From Octopus sinensis (taxonomy: Eukaryota), in contig NC_043003.1 in NCBI RefSeq assembly GCF_006345805.1, forward strand, positions 88,164,001 to 88,228,000: a stretch of DNA of 64,000 bases, written 5' to 3'. This document shows, piece after piece, positions 61,953-64,000 of this stretch. How positions within the stretch are numbered: position 1 is the first letter of the stretch; every line of letters starts with the position of its first letter. Both the position numbers and the translations under genes were made by a program. The notes under the pieces are model-generated. The model ran no database searches. It had not been told where the DNA came from and worked only from the letters and a program-made list of their open reading frames with translations.

Positions 61953-63330
61953 TTAAAAATGGAATACATATTAAAAATCTTACAGGTCCTTATTATTTCA
62001 TATAAGTTTTCCCCTCTAGGAAGAACGCTCGCGTGGCTGGATAAAACTTTTCATGTATAATTCACTAGTTATTATTGTCTATCGATCAGCCCCTCATCTC
62101 GTTAAAAATGGAATACATAGTTATTAATCTTACAGGCCCTTATTATTTCATATAAGCTCTCTCCTCTAGGAAGAACGCTCGCTCGCGTGGCTGGATAAAA
62201 CTTTTCATGTTAGTTAGTTAATTTGGCTCAAAAGCAAATAGCAAGGCCATGTAGGGGGACATGGAGTTAAGTACAGGGTGGTGTTCATGTAAAGAGTTCA
62301 GGCCACTTGAGGTCAAGGGAGGCTTTGAACAAAGCGGTCGTCGGCATCTTCACCATCTCGTCTGGCAGCTTGTTCCACGGATCCGCAACCCGGACGGAGA
62401 AAGCTCCTCTCCTTCGATTGAGATGAAATCATCGCAGGTAGAGCTTTTCGGAATGACCCCGCAGCCGACGCTCTGGAGCAGGAGTGAAGAACAGCTCTTT
62501 CGAGAGGTTACACTTTCCGCTTATGATGTTGTGGGCGAGAATGAGATCACCACGGCGGCGGCGTTTTTCAAGAGAAAGGTCGAGCGTCCTCAGCCTTTCT
62601 TCGTAGGACAAATTTTTGAGACCATGAACCATGCAGGTAGCCAGCTTCTGGACTCTTTCGAGATGCTGTATGTCTTTGAGGAGATAAGGAGAAGAGGCTT
62701 GAATCTCGTACTCCAATATGGGTCTCACCAGCGTGACATAGAGTGGTAGGAATATGGCTGCTGTGAGCATTCCGAATGACCGTCGAATCAAGAACAGAAT
62801 TCCACGTGCTTTGTTGGCAGCATGGACGCACTGGGCCGAAGGTGAAAAGGAGGAATCCACCAAGATACCCAGGTCCTTTACCTGATCGGTCCTCTCCAGC
62901 AGCAGACGACCCGGCTCGAAATCAAGTTGAGTTGCAGGAGGAGAGCCAACAGGCAGATGACAGCACTTTGACACGTTCAGACACAGGTCCCATTCGTTAG
63001 ACCACTTCCAAATTTGGTGGAGGCATCGACGAAGATCCTCTATATCACCGCGAGGAGCAACCAGTTTGATATCGTCGGCAAATAGAAGGGTGTGTTGCGT
63101 GAGGTCGTCGGGCAAGTCATTTATGAAGACTAAGAACAATAAGGGCCTAAGCACTGAACCTTGAGGCACGCCACTGCTCGCACTGGAGACGCACTAGTTA
63201 TTATTGTCTATCGATCAGCCCCTCATCTCGTTAAAAATGGAATACATATTTAAAATCTTACAGGTCCTTATTATTTCATATAAGTTTTCCCCTCTAGGAA
63301 GAACGCTCGCGTGGCTGGATAAAAGTTTTC
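61953..63330. repeat. About 149-bp unit in three copies (61953, 62102 and about 63193-63330); the last copy is separated from the first two by a LINE
   Basis: ttaaaaatggaatacata...ctaggaagaacgctcgcgtggctggataaaa recurs at 61953, 62102 and 63232. Confidence 0.9.
62222..63190 (-). mobile_element. 5'-truncated CR1-group LINE (third subfamily)
   Basis: ORF 62429-63169: VPQGSVLRPLLF, FADDIKL, VKDLGI, LEKRRRRGDLI. Confidence 0.9.
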
Positions 63331-63676
63331 GCGGGTCGCCCTCCTTCCCACCCCCTCCACCGATACAGGAAGGCTTGAAAAATTTCTCATCCTTCTTGTC
63401 TCCCATTTTCACTTCAGTCTTACGCTGCCCCCACCGCTACAGGAAGTCCAAAATTTTCTCATCCTTGTTCTCCCCCATGTACACTTCGCATCCCTGTTGT
63501 CTCCTATGCCCATCTGTTCCTCTTTCCATAATGGTAGGTCATTCATTGCAAGATATGCTTGGTGTAACGTACGCGGTTTGAACTTGAGTTTTATTGTTTG
63601 TCTATGAATACTGCCAAACGCGAGTTTTCTTTTCAGGTTCATGATGCTACTAGGTCCGTTGCCTCCCACTTCCTCA

Positions 63677-64000
63677 GGGTGTGTAGATATATGCTGTATT
63701 CAAGAGGTGAGGTGGAGAGGAGGTTCTGCTAGGTTCCTCACGGGTAAAGGACAGAGGTATAAAATTTTCTGGGCCGGGAATACTGAAGGAGTCGGGGGAG
63801 TGGGTATGCTTATTGCCGAAAAATGGGTAGATAAGGTTATCGAGATAGTCAGAGTATGTGACAGAATATTGAAGATTAGATTAATGCTCCATCATAGTTT
63901 AGCAACTATTATATCGGCCTATGCCCCTCAGCCAGGGTTACCCGATGGACAGAAAGACCGTTTCTATGACACCCTACTGCAGACCACCTCATTGACGAAC
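63677..64000 (+). mobile_element. RTE LINE AP-endonuclease domain, open to the window end
   Basis: Translated by hand, 108 codons without a stop: VDICCIQEVRWRG...GVGGVG...DRI...IISAYAPQ. Confidence 0.85.

Noticed and set aside
50846-64000. First coding exon (QAVxxADSF...PR)
   Set aside because: Not found by manual reading of the minus strand; it is probably beyond 64000 but could have been missed

Overview
AT-rich, repeat-dense eukaryotic genomic DNA. It is most likely an octopus or other coleoid cephalopod, inferred from the SINE, RTE and microsatellite repertoire and not from a database search. One host gene runs through the window on the minus strand: translation initiation factor eIF2B epsilon (EIF2B5/GCD6). 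Nine internal coding exons with canonical GT-AG sites (50845 down to 3129) splice in frame into 406 codons covering the pyrophosphorylase-like and left-handed beta-helix domains. The first exon and the exons for the C-terminal W2/HEAT domain were not found and probably lie outside the window. The 2-11 kb introns hold RTE, CR1-like and CRE non-LTR elements, Tc1/mariner/DD37D, piggyBac, Helitron/Helentron and gypsy remnants, tRNA-derived SINEs and microsatellites. The most notable observations are an N-to-D change in the normally conserved NF motif of eIF2B epsilon, a core-intact type I hammerhead ribozyme on the gene's strand, a near-perfect 221-nt hairpin, and a near-intact CR1-like LINE. Smaller signals include shared SINE/LINE 3' tails, copy-specific tandem arrays in RTE 3' UTRs, and 5'-junction duplications on LINE insertions. 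No CRISPR array, rRNA or bona fide tRNA gene was seen.
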